From Myxococcota bacterium (GTDB taxonomy: Bacteria; Myxococcota_A; UBA9160; PR03), in assembly GCA_041611735.1 (NCBI GenBank), contig JBFIML010000014.1:1-64000 (forward strand): 64,000 bases of DNA, read 5' to 3'. Made by a program: the position numbers and the translations under genes. Below, piece by piece: positions 1-10,046 of the stretch (positions are counted from its first letter, which is position 1; each line of letters begins with the position of its first letter). The notes below the pieces were generated by a model, which saw only the letters and a program-made list of their open reading frames with translations, was not told the DNA's origin and made no database searches.

Positions 1-57
1 CCCGCTAGCGCCGCGCCCGGCGGCTTCGAAACGATTTGTTGGAACCCGACCCCCAGG

Positions 58-140
58 TGGAGAGGGGAGGATTCGAACCTCCGAAGGCGAAAGCCAGCAG
101 ATTTACAGTCTGCCCCGTTTGACCGCTTCGGTACCTCTCC
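58..140 (-). tRNA. tRNA-Tyr(GTA)
   Basis: Reverse complement GGAGAGG...CTGTAAA...GGTTCGAATCC...CCTCTCCA folds as a cloverleaf with a long variable arm; complete CCA not encoded. Confidence 0.95.
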
Positions 141-280
141 GCCCCTGCCCACGAAAAGCGCGTAAGACAGCCCCGCCCCTCCCGCCGGCTCGGTCGCCTC
201 CACGCGACCGCTTGCGGCTTCTGCTCGGGGTTGTCCGAAAACGACCGATGCGGCTCGCGACCCGCCAGACCGCTCGCCTC

Positions 281-356
281 TGGAGCTGGCGATGGGACTC
301 GAACCCGTAACCTGCGGATTACAAATCCGCCGCTCTACCTGTTGAGCTACGCCAGC
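281..356 (-). tRNA. tRNA-Thr(TGT)
   Basis: Reverse complement GCTGGCGTAGCTCAAC...TTTGTAA...GGTTCGAGTCC...GCCAGCTCCA; CCA encoded; the Thr-Tyr order is typical of the tuf-linked tRNA cluster. Confidence 0.95.
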
Positions 357-378
357 CTGCGCCCGCGACCCGCCCAGA

Positions 379-407
379 ACTATAGGACCGGGAGCGCCCG
401 CCGGCAA
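379..407 (-). promoter_or_regulatory. sigma70-type promoter for the tRNA-Thr/Tyr cluster
   Basis: Minus strand TTGCCG-N17-TATAGT about 20 nt upstream of tRNA-Thr. Confidence 0.6.
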
Positions 408-443
408 CGCCCAAAGCCGACCGAGGACGCAGGGATAGGGCCC

Positions 444-1229
444 CTAGGAGCGAGCGGCCAGCCGCCTCCGCCACTCGAAGAGGACCACGGCGGCCGCGGC
501 GGCCACGTTGAGGGATTCCACGCTCCCCACCAGGGGAATTCGCAGCAGGGCGTCCGTGGCGCTGCGGACCCCGGGGCGCAGCCCGCGTCCCTCGGCTCCG
601 AGCGCCAGCACCAGGTCCCCCTGGAAGAGGCGCTCCGGCGCTGCGAACAGGTCCTCGCCCTGGGCCGCGTCCGTGCCGAGCACCCAGAATCCCTGCCCCT
701 TGAGCTCCCCCAGGGATCGAGCGAGATTCACCACGATACACACAGGAAGCAGCTCGAGAGCCCCCGCGCTGGCCCGAGCCGCCGTCGCACCCAGGGGTGC
801 CGCGCGACGCGCGGGAAGCAGGAGGCCTCGCACACCCGCCGCTTCCGCCACGCGGGCCACCGCACCCAGGTTCTGGGGATCCTCGACCCCGTCGACGGCG
901 ACCAGCCAGCGGGGAGCCGGACCGCCCAGCAGGTCCTCGAGAGGCACCCGCGGCAGGGGACCGACCTCCAGCAGAACCCCCTGGGTCCGGGTTCCCGCGG
1001 GTGCCAGCCGTTCGAACTCCGGGGCGGAAACCTCCTGCGTTGCAACCCTCTTCGCCCGGGCGAGCTCGAGCAGGGCCTCGAGCGCGGGCCGCCGACGGGC
1101 TCCGGCCAGCAGGAGCAGGCGGTGGATGTGCCGCCGTCCGGCGCGCAGCGCCTCGCGGACGGGATGGACTCCGGCCAGCACCTCGCGCTCCGCCGACGGG
1201 CGGCGCCCCTGGGCCCGCTCACGGAGCAT
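444..1229 (-). CDS. rlmB: 23S rRNA Gm2251 2'-O-methyltransferase (TrmH/SpoU family)
   Basis: GVHPVREAL N-domain; DGVEDPQNLGAVAR, LGAEGRGL and ESLNVA SPOUT motifs. Confidence 0.92.
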   Translation of the reverse strand: MLRERAQGRRPSAEREVLAGVHPVREALRAGRRHIHRLLLLAGARRRPALEALLELARAKRVATQEVSAPEFERLAPAGTRTQGVLLEVGPLPRVPLEDLLGGPAPRWLVAVDGVEDPQNLGAVARVAEAAGVRGLLLPARRAAPLGATAARASAGALELLPVCIVVNLARSLGELKGQGFWVLGTDAAQGEDLFAAPERLFQGDLVLALGAEGRGLRPGVRSATDALLRIPLVGSVESLNVAAAAAVVLFEWRRRLAARS

Positions 1230-1953
1230 CGAGGGCCTTGCCGATCGCCTCCACGAAGCGTTGGGCCTCCGCCCGGGGGGAGGCCGACCTCACGATGGGG
1301 CGACCGACCACGAGCAGGTCGGCCCCGGCTCGGATCGCCTCGCCGGGCCCCGCGCTGCGGGCCTGGTCGTCGCTCGGGCTTCCGGGAGCTCGCACGCCGG
1401 GTACGACCAGCAGGAGCTCCTCACCGAAGCGCCTGCGCGCCGATGCCACCTCGTGCGGCGAGGTGACGAGGCCGTCCAGTCCTGCGCGCCGGGCCAGCTC
1501 CCCCAGGCGTTCCACCTGGGCCGACAGGGGGCCCGCCATCCCCACCTCCCGCAGCAGCGGCTCGGAGAAGCTGGTCAGGACCGTGACCCCCAGCAACCGG
1601 GGCGGCGGACTCCCCAGGGCCGACGCGGCGTCGTCCGCCGCCTCCCGCGCCGCCTTGAGCATGTCGAGACCCCCGGCCGCGTGCACGGTGAGCAGGTCGA
1701 CCCCGTGGCGGGTGGCCGCCCGCACCGCAGCGGCCACGCTGTTCGGGATGTCGTGCAGCTTCGTGTCGAGGAAGACGCGTCCGTGGCGGCGTGCCGCCCG
1801 GAGCGCCTGGGGCCCGGCCGCCGTGAAGAGCTCGGCACCGATCTTGAACCAACCGACGCTGCCCGCGAGGGCGTCCAGCAGGGCTCGCGCCCGCGCGAGG
1901 TCGGCCACGTCCAGGGCGACCGCCAGCCGGTCCCGCGGCGCAGCGCCGTGCAT
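1219..1953 (-). CDS. pyrF: Orotidine-5'-phosphate decarboxylase
   Basis: VALD, FLDTKLHDIPNSV, VPGVR, DDQAR and VVGRPI motifs. Confidence 0.96.
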   Translation of the reverse strand: MHGAAPRDRLAVALDVADLARARALLDALAGSVGWFKIGAELFTAAGPQALRAARRHGRVFLDTKLHDIPNSVAAAVRAATRHGVDLLTVHAAGGLDMLKAAREAADDAASALGSPPPRLLGVTVLTSFSEPLLREVGMAGPLSAQVERLGELARRAGLDGLVTSPHEVASARRRFGEELLLVVPGVRAPGSPSDDQARSAGPGEAIRAGADLLVVGRPIVRSASPRAEAQRFVEAIGKALDAP

Positions 1954-2038
1954 GGCCGTCCCCAGTCGCCCTGCCCTCCGACCGCGCGGCGCCCTGCAAG
2001 CGCGACGGCGCCCCGGGCCGCCAGCGCCAGGAACCGCG

Positions 2039-3322
2039 TCAGAGGGGCAGTCTAGCGCGCAGCTCGTCGATGCCGTCGAGGAAGCCTTCCGGCTGGCTGA
2101 TCCGGGGATGGTTCTTGAGCTCGAACTCCAGATAGGCGAGCAGCTCGCCCAGCGCCAAGCGCACCTGGGCGTCGCGCCGCTCGGGCAGCCGCAGCGCCCG
2201 GCGCGTGATCTCCTCGGGATCGAGGGTGCCCGCAGGGCCGAGCGTCACCCCATCCAGCAGCGCCGGATGCCGCTCGGCGAGCTCGCCGATCACCCGCTCC
2301 AGGCGCTCGCGGACCGGCCCGGGGCCCTCCAGTGCCACCAGCGGCACCGCCAGCTCCCCGATCAGCTTGAGGTGGCCGCCCACGCACTCCCGCACCTGCT
2401 CCTCGTCGTGGTCGCGCAGCTCCGCCTCGCCGACGCTGTTCGCCGGGTCGCTGTCGCGCTGCACGCGCACGGCGCCGACGAGCCGCAGGAGCTGCAGCGT
2501 GCGGGCGCCGGACAGTGGATCGAGGCCCAGGCGGCGGCACGCCGCCGGGAAGCTCGGCTCCGCGCCCAGCGCTTCGAAGAGCCGGCGCTCGGGGCCGGCC
2601 AGGCTCGCGTCGCGACCGGGCACCGGCTCGACCCGCGTGCGAGCGTCCTCGAGTACCGCCAGGTAGCGGAGCAGCTCGTCGCGGCGCTGGAGCCCTTCGG
2701 CCACCAGGCGTTGGGTGGGGAGCGCCAGACGCACCACGTTGTCGGGCTGCACCTCGCCCTCCCAGAAGTAGACCCTTCCGGAGGTGTACGAGAAGAGCGA
2801 CCGCACGATCTCCTCGACCTGGTACTTGACGCCGTTCCACAGCTCCCGGGGCGTCAGGAAGCCTCTCTCCACCAGCACCTTGCCGAAACGCTCCGGCGGC
2901 GAGAAATGGCGCTCCGCCTCCCGAAGCTGCTCCAGGGTGATGACCCCGCCCCGGACCAGGCACGACCCGATGCGGTCCACGCGCTGGTTGGAGGTGGCGA
3001 AGACCACCTCGCCTTCGTGCAGGTAGACGGCCTTGGCGTGATCCTCCTGGCTGAAGAAGAGGAAACCCGACTTGCGGGCGGCGTGGACCAGTCCGAGCAC
3101 GTCGGCCAGCGGGAAGGCGAGCACATCGCAGCTCAGGACCAGGTCCCGATCCTGCGGCAGGGAGATCCCGTCCACGGCGCCCAGCCGCTCGAGCAGCACG
3201 GTGCGTGCCCCGCGCTGGAGCAGGCGCACCGGCTCGTGGGGCTCGAGGCCGAGCTGCCGGCGCAGCTCGGGCGGCAGCGCGAGCTCCTGGCCGTGCCTTT
3301 CGGGTTGCCCGACCTCGCCCAT
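2039..3322 (-). CDS. DUF4388/PATAN-like domain protein with an N-terminal AbrB-like segment
   Basis: FPLADVLGLVHAARKSGFL...VYLHEGEVVFATSN...RIGSCLVRGG...FGKVLVERG; start at MGEVGQ, trimmed from the longer ORF. Confidence 0.75.
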   Translation of the reverse strand: MGEVGQPERHGQELALPPELRRQLGLEPHEPVRLLQRGARTVLLERLGAVDGISLPQDRDLVLSCDVLAFPLADVLGLVHAARKSGFLFFSQEDHAKAVYLHEGEVVFATSNQRVDRIGSCLVRGGVITLEQLREAERHFSPPERFGKVLVERGFLTPRELWNGVKYQVEEIVRSLFSYTSGRVYFWEGEVQPDNVVRLALPTQRLVAEGLQRRDELLRYLAVLEDARTRVEPVPGRDASLAGPERRLFEALGAEPSFPAACRRLGLDPLSGARTLQLLRLVGAVRVQRDSDPANSVGEAELRDHDEEQVRECVGGHLKLIGELAVPLVALEGPGPVRERLERVIGELAERHPALLDGVTLGPAGTLDPEEITRRALRLPERRDAQVRLALGELLAYLEFELKNHPRISQPEGFLDGIDELRARLPL

Positions 3323-3526
3323 CCCCTCTCCCTGCCCAGAACTTCCGGGTAGCCTCTCCTTCGACGCGAGCTGGCGCCGCCTTGAGGCGAAGTCGCCCCG
3401 GGCGGGGGATTCGTTTGCGGCCCGCCGGGGCGCGGGCGGATGCCCACCCGGGCGGGAGCTTGCGGCGGCGGCTGCGCTCAAGCTGCCGGCCCGTGCGGCC
3501 GAATGCGGACGTCGGGAGGGGAGACC

Positions 3527-3913
3527 ATGCCCGACGCCGCGAGCCATCGACGTCGCTACCGTCGCTTGTCGGTCCAGGTGCCGATCCGGATCTCCACCAT
3601 CGATCCCGAGCCCGACCCGACCACGGGCCGACCCAGCTTTCGAACCTCGCGCGACACCTGCAGCAACCTCTCGCGCGGGGGACTGCTGGTCACCACCCGG
3701 GACCCGCTCGCCCCCGGGCGGCGCGTGCTGCTCGAACTCGAGCTGCCGGGGGGCCGCGGCTTCGAGGCCGTCGGACGGGTGGCGTGGTGCCGCACACCCG
3801 GCGCTGGACCGGAAGCGTGCAGCGGCCTGGGCATCGAATTCCTGGGCGGATCCCTCGATCAGCTCGTCCGTCTGGAGCAGTTCCTCGCCTCGAGCTCCCC
3901 TCAAGGGACCTGA
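3527..3913 (+). CDS. PilZ domain protein (putative c-di-GMP receptor)
   Basis: RRRYRR (RxxxR) and NLSRGG motifs, GRVAW, GLGIEF; GGAGGGGAG ribosome-binding site. Confidence 0.85.
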   Translation: MPDAASHRRRYRRLSVQVPIRISTIDPEPDPTTGRPSFRTSRDTCSNLSRGGLLVTTRDPLAPGRRVLLELELPGGRGFEAVGRVAWCRTPGAGPEACSGLGIEFLGGSLDQLVRLEQFLASSSPQGT

Positions 3914-3987
3914 GCCGGGCTCCGAAGCCGCCACCGGGAGGCGGCGCCTTGAAGCCCATCGCGGGTTCCGGGTATGCTCCGGCGACG

Positions 3988-4296
3988 ATGCGTGCGCCCG
4001 GGACCTACAAGATCACGAGCCGCAACCGCGCCTTCGAGGCCTACATGGACCCGGAGGCGCGCAGCGCCCGGCGCATGCGCCGCATCCTCGAGTCGCTGCG
4101 CAGCGAGATCCTGGAGGGTGGCGGGGTCCGCATTCGCCGCGTGTTCACGAACCCTCGCGAGATCTTCCGGCTGGAGCTCGAGGTCCCCGAGCTGGCCTAT
4201 CAGCGCACGACGCTGCTCGACCGGGCGGCGCTCGAGGAGCTTCTCGCGGCCGACGAGGTGCGCGCCCTGGTGCGACGGCGCACGAGCCCGTCGTGA
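3988..4296 (+). CDS. Hypothetical protein
   Basis: 102-aa ORF with GC-biased third positions filling the gap between the PilZ gene and tRNA-Leu. Confidence 0.6.
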   Translation: MRAPGTYKITSRNRAFEAYMDPEARSARRMRRILESLRSEILEGGGVRIRRVFTNPREIFRLELEVPELAYQRTTLLDRAALEELLAADEVRALVRRRTSPS

Positions 4297-4320
4297 CGCC
4301 GGTTCTCGCCGCGGCGCGGG

Positions 4321-4403
4321 TGCCCGGGGCAGGACTCGAACCTGCACGGCTCATGGCCAGGCGATTTTAAGTCGCCCGCGTCTTCCCGTTCCGCCACCCG
4401 GGC
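4321..4403 (-). tRNA. tRNA-Leu(TAA)
   Basis: Reverse complement GCCCGGGTGGCGGAA...CTTAAAA...GGTTCGAGTCC...CCCGGGCA with a long variable arm. Confidence 0.93.
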
Positions 4404-4449
4404 TCGCGCGCCCGGGACGAGCGCGCCCGATCGAGGATAACGGCTCCAC

Positions 4450-5256
4450 GTGTTCCACGGAAAGAAAATCGTCGTCGTGATGCCCGCCTACAACGCGGAG
4501 CTCACGCTCGAGCAGACCTGGAGCGAGATCCCCCACGATCTCGTGGACGACGTGGTCCTCACCGACGACGCGAGCCACGACGCCACGGTGGAGGTCTCCC
4601 GGCGGCTCGGTCTCCCCACCCTGGTGCACCAGGAGAATCGGGGCTACGGCGGCAACCAGAAGACCTGCTACGCCGAGGCCTTGCGGCGCGGGGCCGACGT
4701 CGTGGTGATGCTGCACCCCGACTACCAGTATCCGCCGCGCCTGATCGCCCCGATGGTCACCATGATCATCGACGGCCCCTTCGACGTCGTGCTGGGATCG
4801 CGCATCCTCGGCGGCCGGGCTCGACGCGGCGGGATGCCGCTCTACAAGTACGTGGCCAACCGCTTCCTGACCGCTGCCCAGAACACCCTGTGCGGCTCGA
4901 AGCTCTCCGAATTCCACACCGGCTACCGCGCCTTCTCGCGACAAGTTCTCCAGGAGCTGCCGCTCCTGGAGAACTCCGACGATTTCGTGTTCGACAACCA
5001 GATGCTGGCGCAGGTGCTGGCGGCGGGCTTCGAGATCGGCGAGCTGAGCTGCCCGGCCCGCTACTTTGCCGAGGCCTCCTCCATCAATTTCCGCCGCTCC
5101 CTGCGCTACGGCCTCGGGTGTCTCGGGGTCTCGTTGCAGTTCTTCCTGCAGCGACGCGGCCTGGCCCGCTTCCGGATCTTCGACCGCCAGGGCCGCCGGC
5201 TGCTCGGGGACGCGGAAGGCGCCTCCCCCCTCGCCTCGGGCCGGGGCGCCGCCTGA
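4450..5256 (+). CDS. Glycosyltransferase family 2 (DPM1-like)
   Basis: VVMPAYNAE, DDASHD, NRGYGGNQK, HPDYQY, GSR and EFHTGYRAF motifs. Confidence 0.9.
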   Translation: MFHGKKIVVVMPAYNAELTLEQTWSEIPHDLVDDVVLTDDASHDATVEVSRRLGLPTLVHQENRGYGGNQKTCYAEALRRGADVVVMLHPDYQYPPRLIAPMVTMIIDGPFDVVLGSRILGGRARRGGMPLYKYVANRFLTAAQNTLCGSKLSEFHTGYRAFSRQVLQELPLLENSDDFVFDNQMLAQVLAAGFEIGELSCPARYFAEASSINFRRSLRYGLGCLGVSLQFFLQRRGLARFRIFDRQGRRLLGDAEGASPLASGRGAA

Positions 5257-5350
5257 GCCTCGCCTTCAGGCCCTCTGCCTCGCCTCCGATACGGGAAGAG
5301 GGCGGCGGTCCGGCCCTGCGCGTCCCGCCGCAGCGAGGTGGCGCGCCCTC

Positions 5351-7246
5351 ATGGACCTCTACACGGCGGCGGAGCGGATCGCGCGGGCCTTCGTGGTGGA
5401 CGCCGCCGCGACCTCGCTCGGTCGCCACGGCCTCGTGGGGGATGGCTACAGCGCGGCCCTGATCGGTGTGGACGGCTCGGTCGACTGGCTGTGCCTGCCC
5501 CGCTTCGACGCCCCGAGCGTGTTCGCGGCGCTGCTCGACCCGCGGCAGGGTGGCTGCCTGCGGGTCGCTCCGGCCCTCAGGGCGTTCGAGAGCCTCCAGG
5601 CCTACGACAGCCAGACCTGCGTGCTGCAGACGTTGTTCCGCGCTCCCGGGCACGGCAGCGCCGTACTCACCGACTTCATGCCGTGGACGGACGACCCGCG
5701 CAGCACCTTCCACGAGTTGCATCGCCTGGTGGAGGTGCGGGAAGGACAGCTGCCCCTGGAACTCGTCTTCGATCCCCGCTTCGACTACGGCCGCGCCGCC
5801 ACCCGGGTGGAGGTGACCCGGAACGGGGCGGTGGCCGTCGGCGAGGACGGCCAACGCCTCACCTTGTCGGTGAGCGACGGCGTCGGCCTGGAGCCCCGGG
5901 CCGCAGGAGGCGTGCAGGCGCGCTTTCCGGCCCGTGCCGGCCAACGCATCTGGGTGATCCTCTCCTTCGGATCCCCGCGCCCGGAACCGATCGCCGCCCA
6001 TCGTCCCTTCGAGCACCTGCGCACGACCCGGCGCTTCTGGCGCTCCTGGGCTGCCCGGCTGCGCTACGACGGCCCCTGGCGGCACGACGTGCTGCGTTCG
6101 GCGCTGACCCTGAAGCTGCTCCAGTACGCACCTACGGGAGCCGTGGTCGCAGCGCCCACCACCAGCCTGCCCGTCGGCCCGAACGGCGATCGCAACTGGG
6201 ACTACCGCTACTCCTGGACCCGCGACAGCGCGCTGGCCATCCGGGCCATGACCCTGATCGGCTACCGGGAGGAGGCACGCGGCTTCTTCCATTTCGTCCG
6301 GGACACGGTGGACCGCAGCGGCCACCTGGACCTCATGGTGGCCGTGGATGGGGAGCGGGTCCCGGACGAAGCCATCCTGGAGCACCTGGTCGGTCACCGG
6401 GGCCACGCTCCCATCCGCGTGGGAAACGCTGCCCGCGACCAAGATCAGCTCGACATCACCGGCGCCCTGCTCGATGCCGCCTATCTCTACGAACGTTCGG
6501 GCGAGACGCTCTCCCTGCGCCTGTGGCGGCACGTGCGGCGTCTGGTGGACCAGGCCATCGCGCGGGCCGGGCAAGCGGACCATGGCATCTGGGAGCCGCG
6601 CACGGAGCCCCGACACCACGTCCACTCGAAGCTCATGACCTGGGTGGCGGTGGACCGGGCCCTGCGCATCGCCCCGCTGTTCGGCGGCGACCGGTCGGAG
6701 TCGCGCTGGTGCCGGGCGCTCCAGAGTTTGCGGCGCGAGATCCTGGAGCGCGGCTTCGATGCGTCCAGCGGCACCTTCGTGGGCGAGTACGGCGGGCAGG
6801 AGGTGGACGCGACCCTGCTGCTGTTTCCGACCTACGGCTTCCTGCCCGCCGCGGACCCGCGCGTGCGCAAGACCCGGGAGCGGGTGCGCAAGGAGCTGGC
6901 AGACGGACCCTTCCTGCGCCGCTACCGCACCGCCGATGGAATCGGGTCGCGCGAGGGCGCCTTCGTCCTGTGCGGCTTCTGGCTGGCGGAGGCCCTGGCC
7001 CTGGATGGGCGCCTGGACGAGGCCATGGACGTCTTCCACCACCACGTGAGGGCGGCGAACCACGTGGGGCTCCTGGCCGAGGAGATCGACCCGGGCGACG
7101 GGCGCCCGCTCGGGAACTTTCCCCAGGCCTTCAGCCACCTGGGATTGATCCAGGCCGCAGCGCGTCTGGACCTGGCCCTGCGCCTGCGCGACGAGGGCAT
7201 CGAGCAACCGCCGCGTCTTCCCTTCGACCCGCCCGAGGTGCGCTGA
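5351..7246 (+). CDS. Glycoside hydrolase family 15 (trehalase/glucoamylase-like)
   Basis: DWLCLPRFDAPSVF, AAPTTSLP, RNWDYRYSWTRD, DHGIWE, LLAEE and GNFPQAFSH motifs. Confidence 0.93.
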   Translation: MDLYTAAERIARAFVVDAAATSLGRHGLVGDGYSAALIGVDGSVDWLCLPRFDAPSVFAALLDPRQGGCLRVAPALRAFESLQAYDSQTCVLQTLFRAPGHGSAVLTDFMPWTDDPRSTFHELHRLVEVREGQLPLELVFDPRFDYGRAATRVEVTRNGAVAVGEDGQRLTLSVSDGVGLEPRAAGGVQARFPARAGQRIWVILSFGSPRPEPIAAHRPFEHLRTTRRFWRSWAARLRYDGPWRHDVLRSALTLKLLQYAPTGAVVAAPTTSLPVGPNGDRNWDYRYSWTRDSALAIRAMTLIGYREEARGFFHFVRDTVDRSGHLDLMVAVDGERVPDEAILEHLVGHRGHAPIRVGNAARDQDQLDITGALLDAAYLYERSGETLSLRLWRHVRRLVDQAIARAGQADHGIWEPRTEPRHHVHSKLMTWVAVDRALRIAPLFGGDRSESRWCRALQSLRREILERGFDASSGTFVGEYGGQEVDATLLLFPTYGFLPAADPRVRKTRERVRKELADGPFLRRYRTADGIGSREGAFVLCGFWLAEALALDGRLDEAMDVFHHHVRAANHVGLLAEEIDPGDGRPLGNFPQAFSHLGLIQAAARLDLALRLRDEGIEQPPRLPFDPPEVR

Positions 7247-7255
7247 CGGGCCGGA

Positions 7256-8329
7256 CTACGGGCCGATGCGGCGTCCATCCCGGGCGTCGAACCAGTGCAG
7301 GCACTGGACGGGAAGACGCAGACCCACGGCCTCGCCCAGCCGCGGCAGACGCGCCCCGGCGCCGAGCAGGACGCGCACCGTCTCCCCCTCGCCGGCCAGA
7401 CGCACGTGCACGAGCACGCTGCTGCCCAGAGGCTCCACCAGCTCGATGCGGGCGTCGGCCTCGCCGGAGCCGGGCGGGCCCAGGGCCACGTGCACGGGGC
7501 GCACGCCCACCCACAGCGTGCGCGGGGCTTGCTGCGGCGCCGGCTGCACGCGAAAGCCCCGCCCTCGCACGAGGCCTCCGGACCCCTCGCGCTCTCCCGG
7601 CAGCAGGTTCATGGCGGGCGCCCCGAGGAAGGCGGCCACGAAGGCGTTGGCCGGCCGGTCGTGGACCGCGAGCGGCGCGCCCACCTGCTGGACGGCGCCA
7701 TCGCGCAGGACGACCAGGCGGTCCGCCAGCGTCATGGCCTCCTCCTGGTCGTGGGTCACGTAGAGCATGGTGGCCGCCAGGCGGCGATGCAGGCGGCCGA
7801 GTTCCGCGCGCGTCTCCGCACGCAGCCGGGCATCCAGGTTCGAGAGCGGCTCGTCGAGCAGGAAGGCCTTCGGCTCGCGCACCATGGCTCGGCCGAGCGC
7901 CACGCGTTGGCGTTGCCCTCCGGAGAGCTGGGCCGGCCGGCGCTCGAGCAGCTCCGCCAGGCCCAGGGTCGCCGCCACGCCCTCCACGCGGCGCGCGATG
8001 TCCTCGCGCGCCAGCCGCCGCATGCGCAGTCCGAAGGCCAGGTTGTCGCGCACGCTCTTGTGGGGGTAGAGCGCGTAGCTCTGGAAGACCATCGCCACGT
8101 CCCGCTCCTGGGGCGGCAGCGCCGTCACGTCGCGGCCCTCGATCCACACCCGGCCACGGGTCGGCTCCTCGAGGCCCGCCACGAGCCGCAGCACCGTGGT
8201 CTTGCCGCAGCCCGAGGGCCCGACCAGGACCACCAGCTCCCCGTGGTGGACGGCCAGGTCGAGACCTCGCAGCGCCACGACGCCGTTCGGGTGGATCTTG
8301 TGCAGGGCGTCGAGCCGGAGCTCCGCCAC
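7256..8329 (-). CDS. Sugar ABC transporter ATP-binding protein (MalK/SugC-like)
   Basis: GPSGCGKTT, LSGGQRQR, DEPLSNLD, VTHDQEEA; C-terminal TOBE-like region. Confidence 0.95.
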   Translation of the reverse strand: MAELRLDALHKIHPNGVVALRGLDLAVHHGELVVLVGPSGCGKTTVLRLVAGLEEPTRGRVWIEGRDVTALPPQERDVAMVFQSYALYPHKSVRDNLAFGLRMRRLAREDIARRVEGVAATLGLAELLERRPAQLSGGQRQRVALGRAMVREPKAFLLDEPLSNLDARLRAETRAELGRLHRRLAATMLYVTHDQEEAMTLADRLVVLRDGAVQQVGAPLAVHDRPANAFVAAFLGAPAMNLLPGEREGSGGLVRGRGFRVQPAPQQAPRTLWVGVRPVHVALGPPGSGEADARIELVEPLGSSVLVHVRLAGEGETVRVLLGAGARLPRLGEAVGLRLPVQCLHWFDARDGRRIGP

Positions 8330-8331
8330 CT

Positions 8332-9156
8332 TCAGCCCTTCACCGCTCCGGTGGTGAGGCCGCGCACGATGCGCCGCTGGAACGCCAGCACCAGCACGGC
8401 CACCGGCGCGGTGGCGACCACCGACGCGGCCAGGATCTGGCCCCAGGGAATCCGGTACTCACCCCGGAACAGCGCCACCGCCACCGGCACCGTCTGCCGC
8501 TCCGGCCCCAGGGTGAAGGAGAGCGCGAACAGGAACTCGTTCCAGCAGTACAGGAAGGTCAGGATCGCGGTGCTGGCCAGGGCGGGAGCGGCGAGCGGCA
8601 GCACCACCTCGCGGAAGGCGCGCAGGCGGCTGGCCCCGTCGATCCAGGCCGCCTCCTCCAGCTCGAGGGGCAGCTCGCGGAATACGCCCACCAGGAGCCA
8701 GACGGCCAGCGGCATGGCGAAGGTCAGGTAGGGAAGCACGAGCCCCGGGTAGCTGTCGATCCAGCCGAGGGCGCGCAGCAGCAGGTAGAGCGGCGCCACC
8801 AGGGAGATCTGCGGAAACAGGCCGACCACCAGGAGCCCGGCCAGCAGGAGGCCACGTCCCCGGAAGCGGAGCCGCGCCAGCGCCCAGGCGCAGGCGGCCC
8901 CGAGCCCCACGCAGAGCAGCGTGGTCGCGGCCGCCACCACCAGGGAGTTGCGCAGCGGGAGCCAGAAGTCGCGTTCCGTGAAGAGCGCCCGGTAGTGCTC
9001 CGCGGTGGGATCGGGCGGCAGCCACGCCATCCCCTCGAAGAGGTCCGCTTCCGGAGTGACCGAGGCCACCAGCACCAGGTAGAGGGGAAGCGCGAGCCCC
9101 GCCGCGAGCAGCGCCGTCCCGGCAGCGGCCGCCGCTCGTCCGGCCCCCCGCCTCAC
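8332..9156 (-). CDS. Carbohydrate ABC permease (MalG/SugB-like)
   Basis: EEAAWIDGAS EAA loop, WNEFLFA; GTG start overlaps the upstream stop. Confidence 0.9.
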   Translation of the reverse strand: MRRGAGRAAAAAGTALLAAGLALPLYLVLVASVTPEADLFEGMAWLPPDPTAEHYRALFTERDFWLPLRNSLVVAAATTLLCVGLGAACAWALARLRFRGRGLLLAGLLVVGLFPQISLVAPLYLLLRALGWIDSYPGLVLPYLTFAMPLAVWLLVGVFRELPLELEEAAWIDGASRLRAFREVVLPLAAPALASTAILTFLYCWNEFLFALSFTLGPERQTVPVAVALFRGEYRIPWGQILAASVVATAPVAVLVLAFQRRIVRGLTTGAVKG

Positions 9157-10046
9157 CGCTGTGCCCCGGCGGGCCGCGCCCCGAGCAGGCGCACGTAGAG
9201 CAGCGCCAGGGCGAAGCCGACTCCGAAGGCGATGACCGAGAGCGCCGCACCGTAGCCGAAGCGGAGCTTCTGCAGGAGCGCCCCGAAGATGTAGAGGGCC
9301 AGGGGCTCCGTGGCCGTCCCGGGGCCGCCCCCGGTCAGGACATACACGAGATCGAAGACCCGGAAGGCATCGAGGAAGCGGAAGACGAGCGCCACCAGCA
9401 GCACCGGGCGCAGCAGCGGCAGCGTCACGTGGCAGAAGCTCCGCCACGGCCCCGCCCCGTCCACCCGCGCCGCCTCGTAGAGCTCGTCGCCGATGCCCTG
9501 GAGGCCCGCCAGGAGCAGCAGCGCCACGAAGGGCGTGGTCTTCCACACGTCCGCCGCCAGGATCGGAACCCACGCCCAGATCGGGTGGGCGAGCCACGCC
9601 AGGGGCTCCCCCCCGAGGCGCAGCAGGACGGCGTTGGCGGGCGAGGCGGGCCCTTCGAACAGGAAGCGCCACAGGAGAGCCGCCACCACGGTGGGGATCG
9701 CCCAGGGCAGCACGGCCAGCGTGCGCAGGGCGTCGCGGCCGCGGAAGCGGCGATGCAGGGCCAGCGCCAGGGCGAGGCCGAGCCCGAGCTCGAGCGCGAC
9801 GCTCGTCGCCGTGAAGAAGAGCGTGTGGGCGAGCGCACTCCAGAAGCGGGGATCGCCCAGGGCCTCGCCGTAGTTGGCGAGCCCCACGAACGGCCGCCCG
9901 AGCCACGGGAGCCGGAGGTCGTGGCGGTGCAGCGACTCCCACACGGTCCAGGCGATCGGCAGCACCGCGAGCGCCAGGACGCACGCCAGGGCCGGTCCCA
10001 CCAGCAGCGCGGCGAGCCGGACCTCGCTGCGTGCGGCCTGCCTCAC
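9153..10046 (-). CDS. Carbohydrate ABC permease (MalF/SugA-like)
   Basis: FVGLANY, WKTTPF, LYEAARVDGA and TGGGPG motifs. Confidence 0.9.
   Translation of the reverse strand: MRQAARSEVRLAALLVGPALACVLALAVLPIAWTVWESLHRHDLRLPWLGRPFVGLANYGEALGDPRFWSALAHTLFFTATSVALELGLGLALALALHRRFRGRDALRTLAVLPWAIPTVVAALLWRFLFEGPASPANAVLLRLGGEPLAWLAHPIWAWVPILAADVWKTTPFVALLLLAGLQGIGDELYEAARVDGAGPWRSFCHVTLPLLRPVLLVALVFRFLDAFRVFDLVYVLTGGGPGTATEPLALYIFGALLQKLRFGYGAALSVIAFGVGFALALLYVRLLGARPAGAQR

Noticed and set aside
281-356. tRNA-Thr pseudogene because of a C-A mismatch in the T-stem
   Set aside because: It is a single mismatch; the rest of the cloverleaf, the CCA, the promoter and the cluster context are intact.
4321-4403. 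bldA-like regulation through tRNA-Leu(TAA)
   Set aside because: The tRNA is near-universal and I did not establish any targeted TTA codon use in the window.
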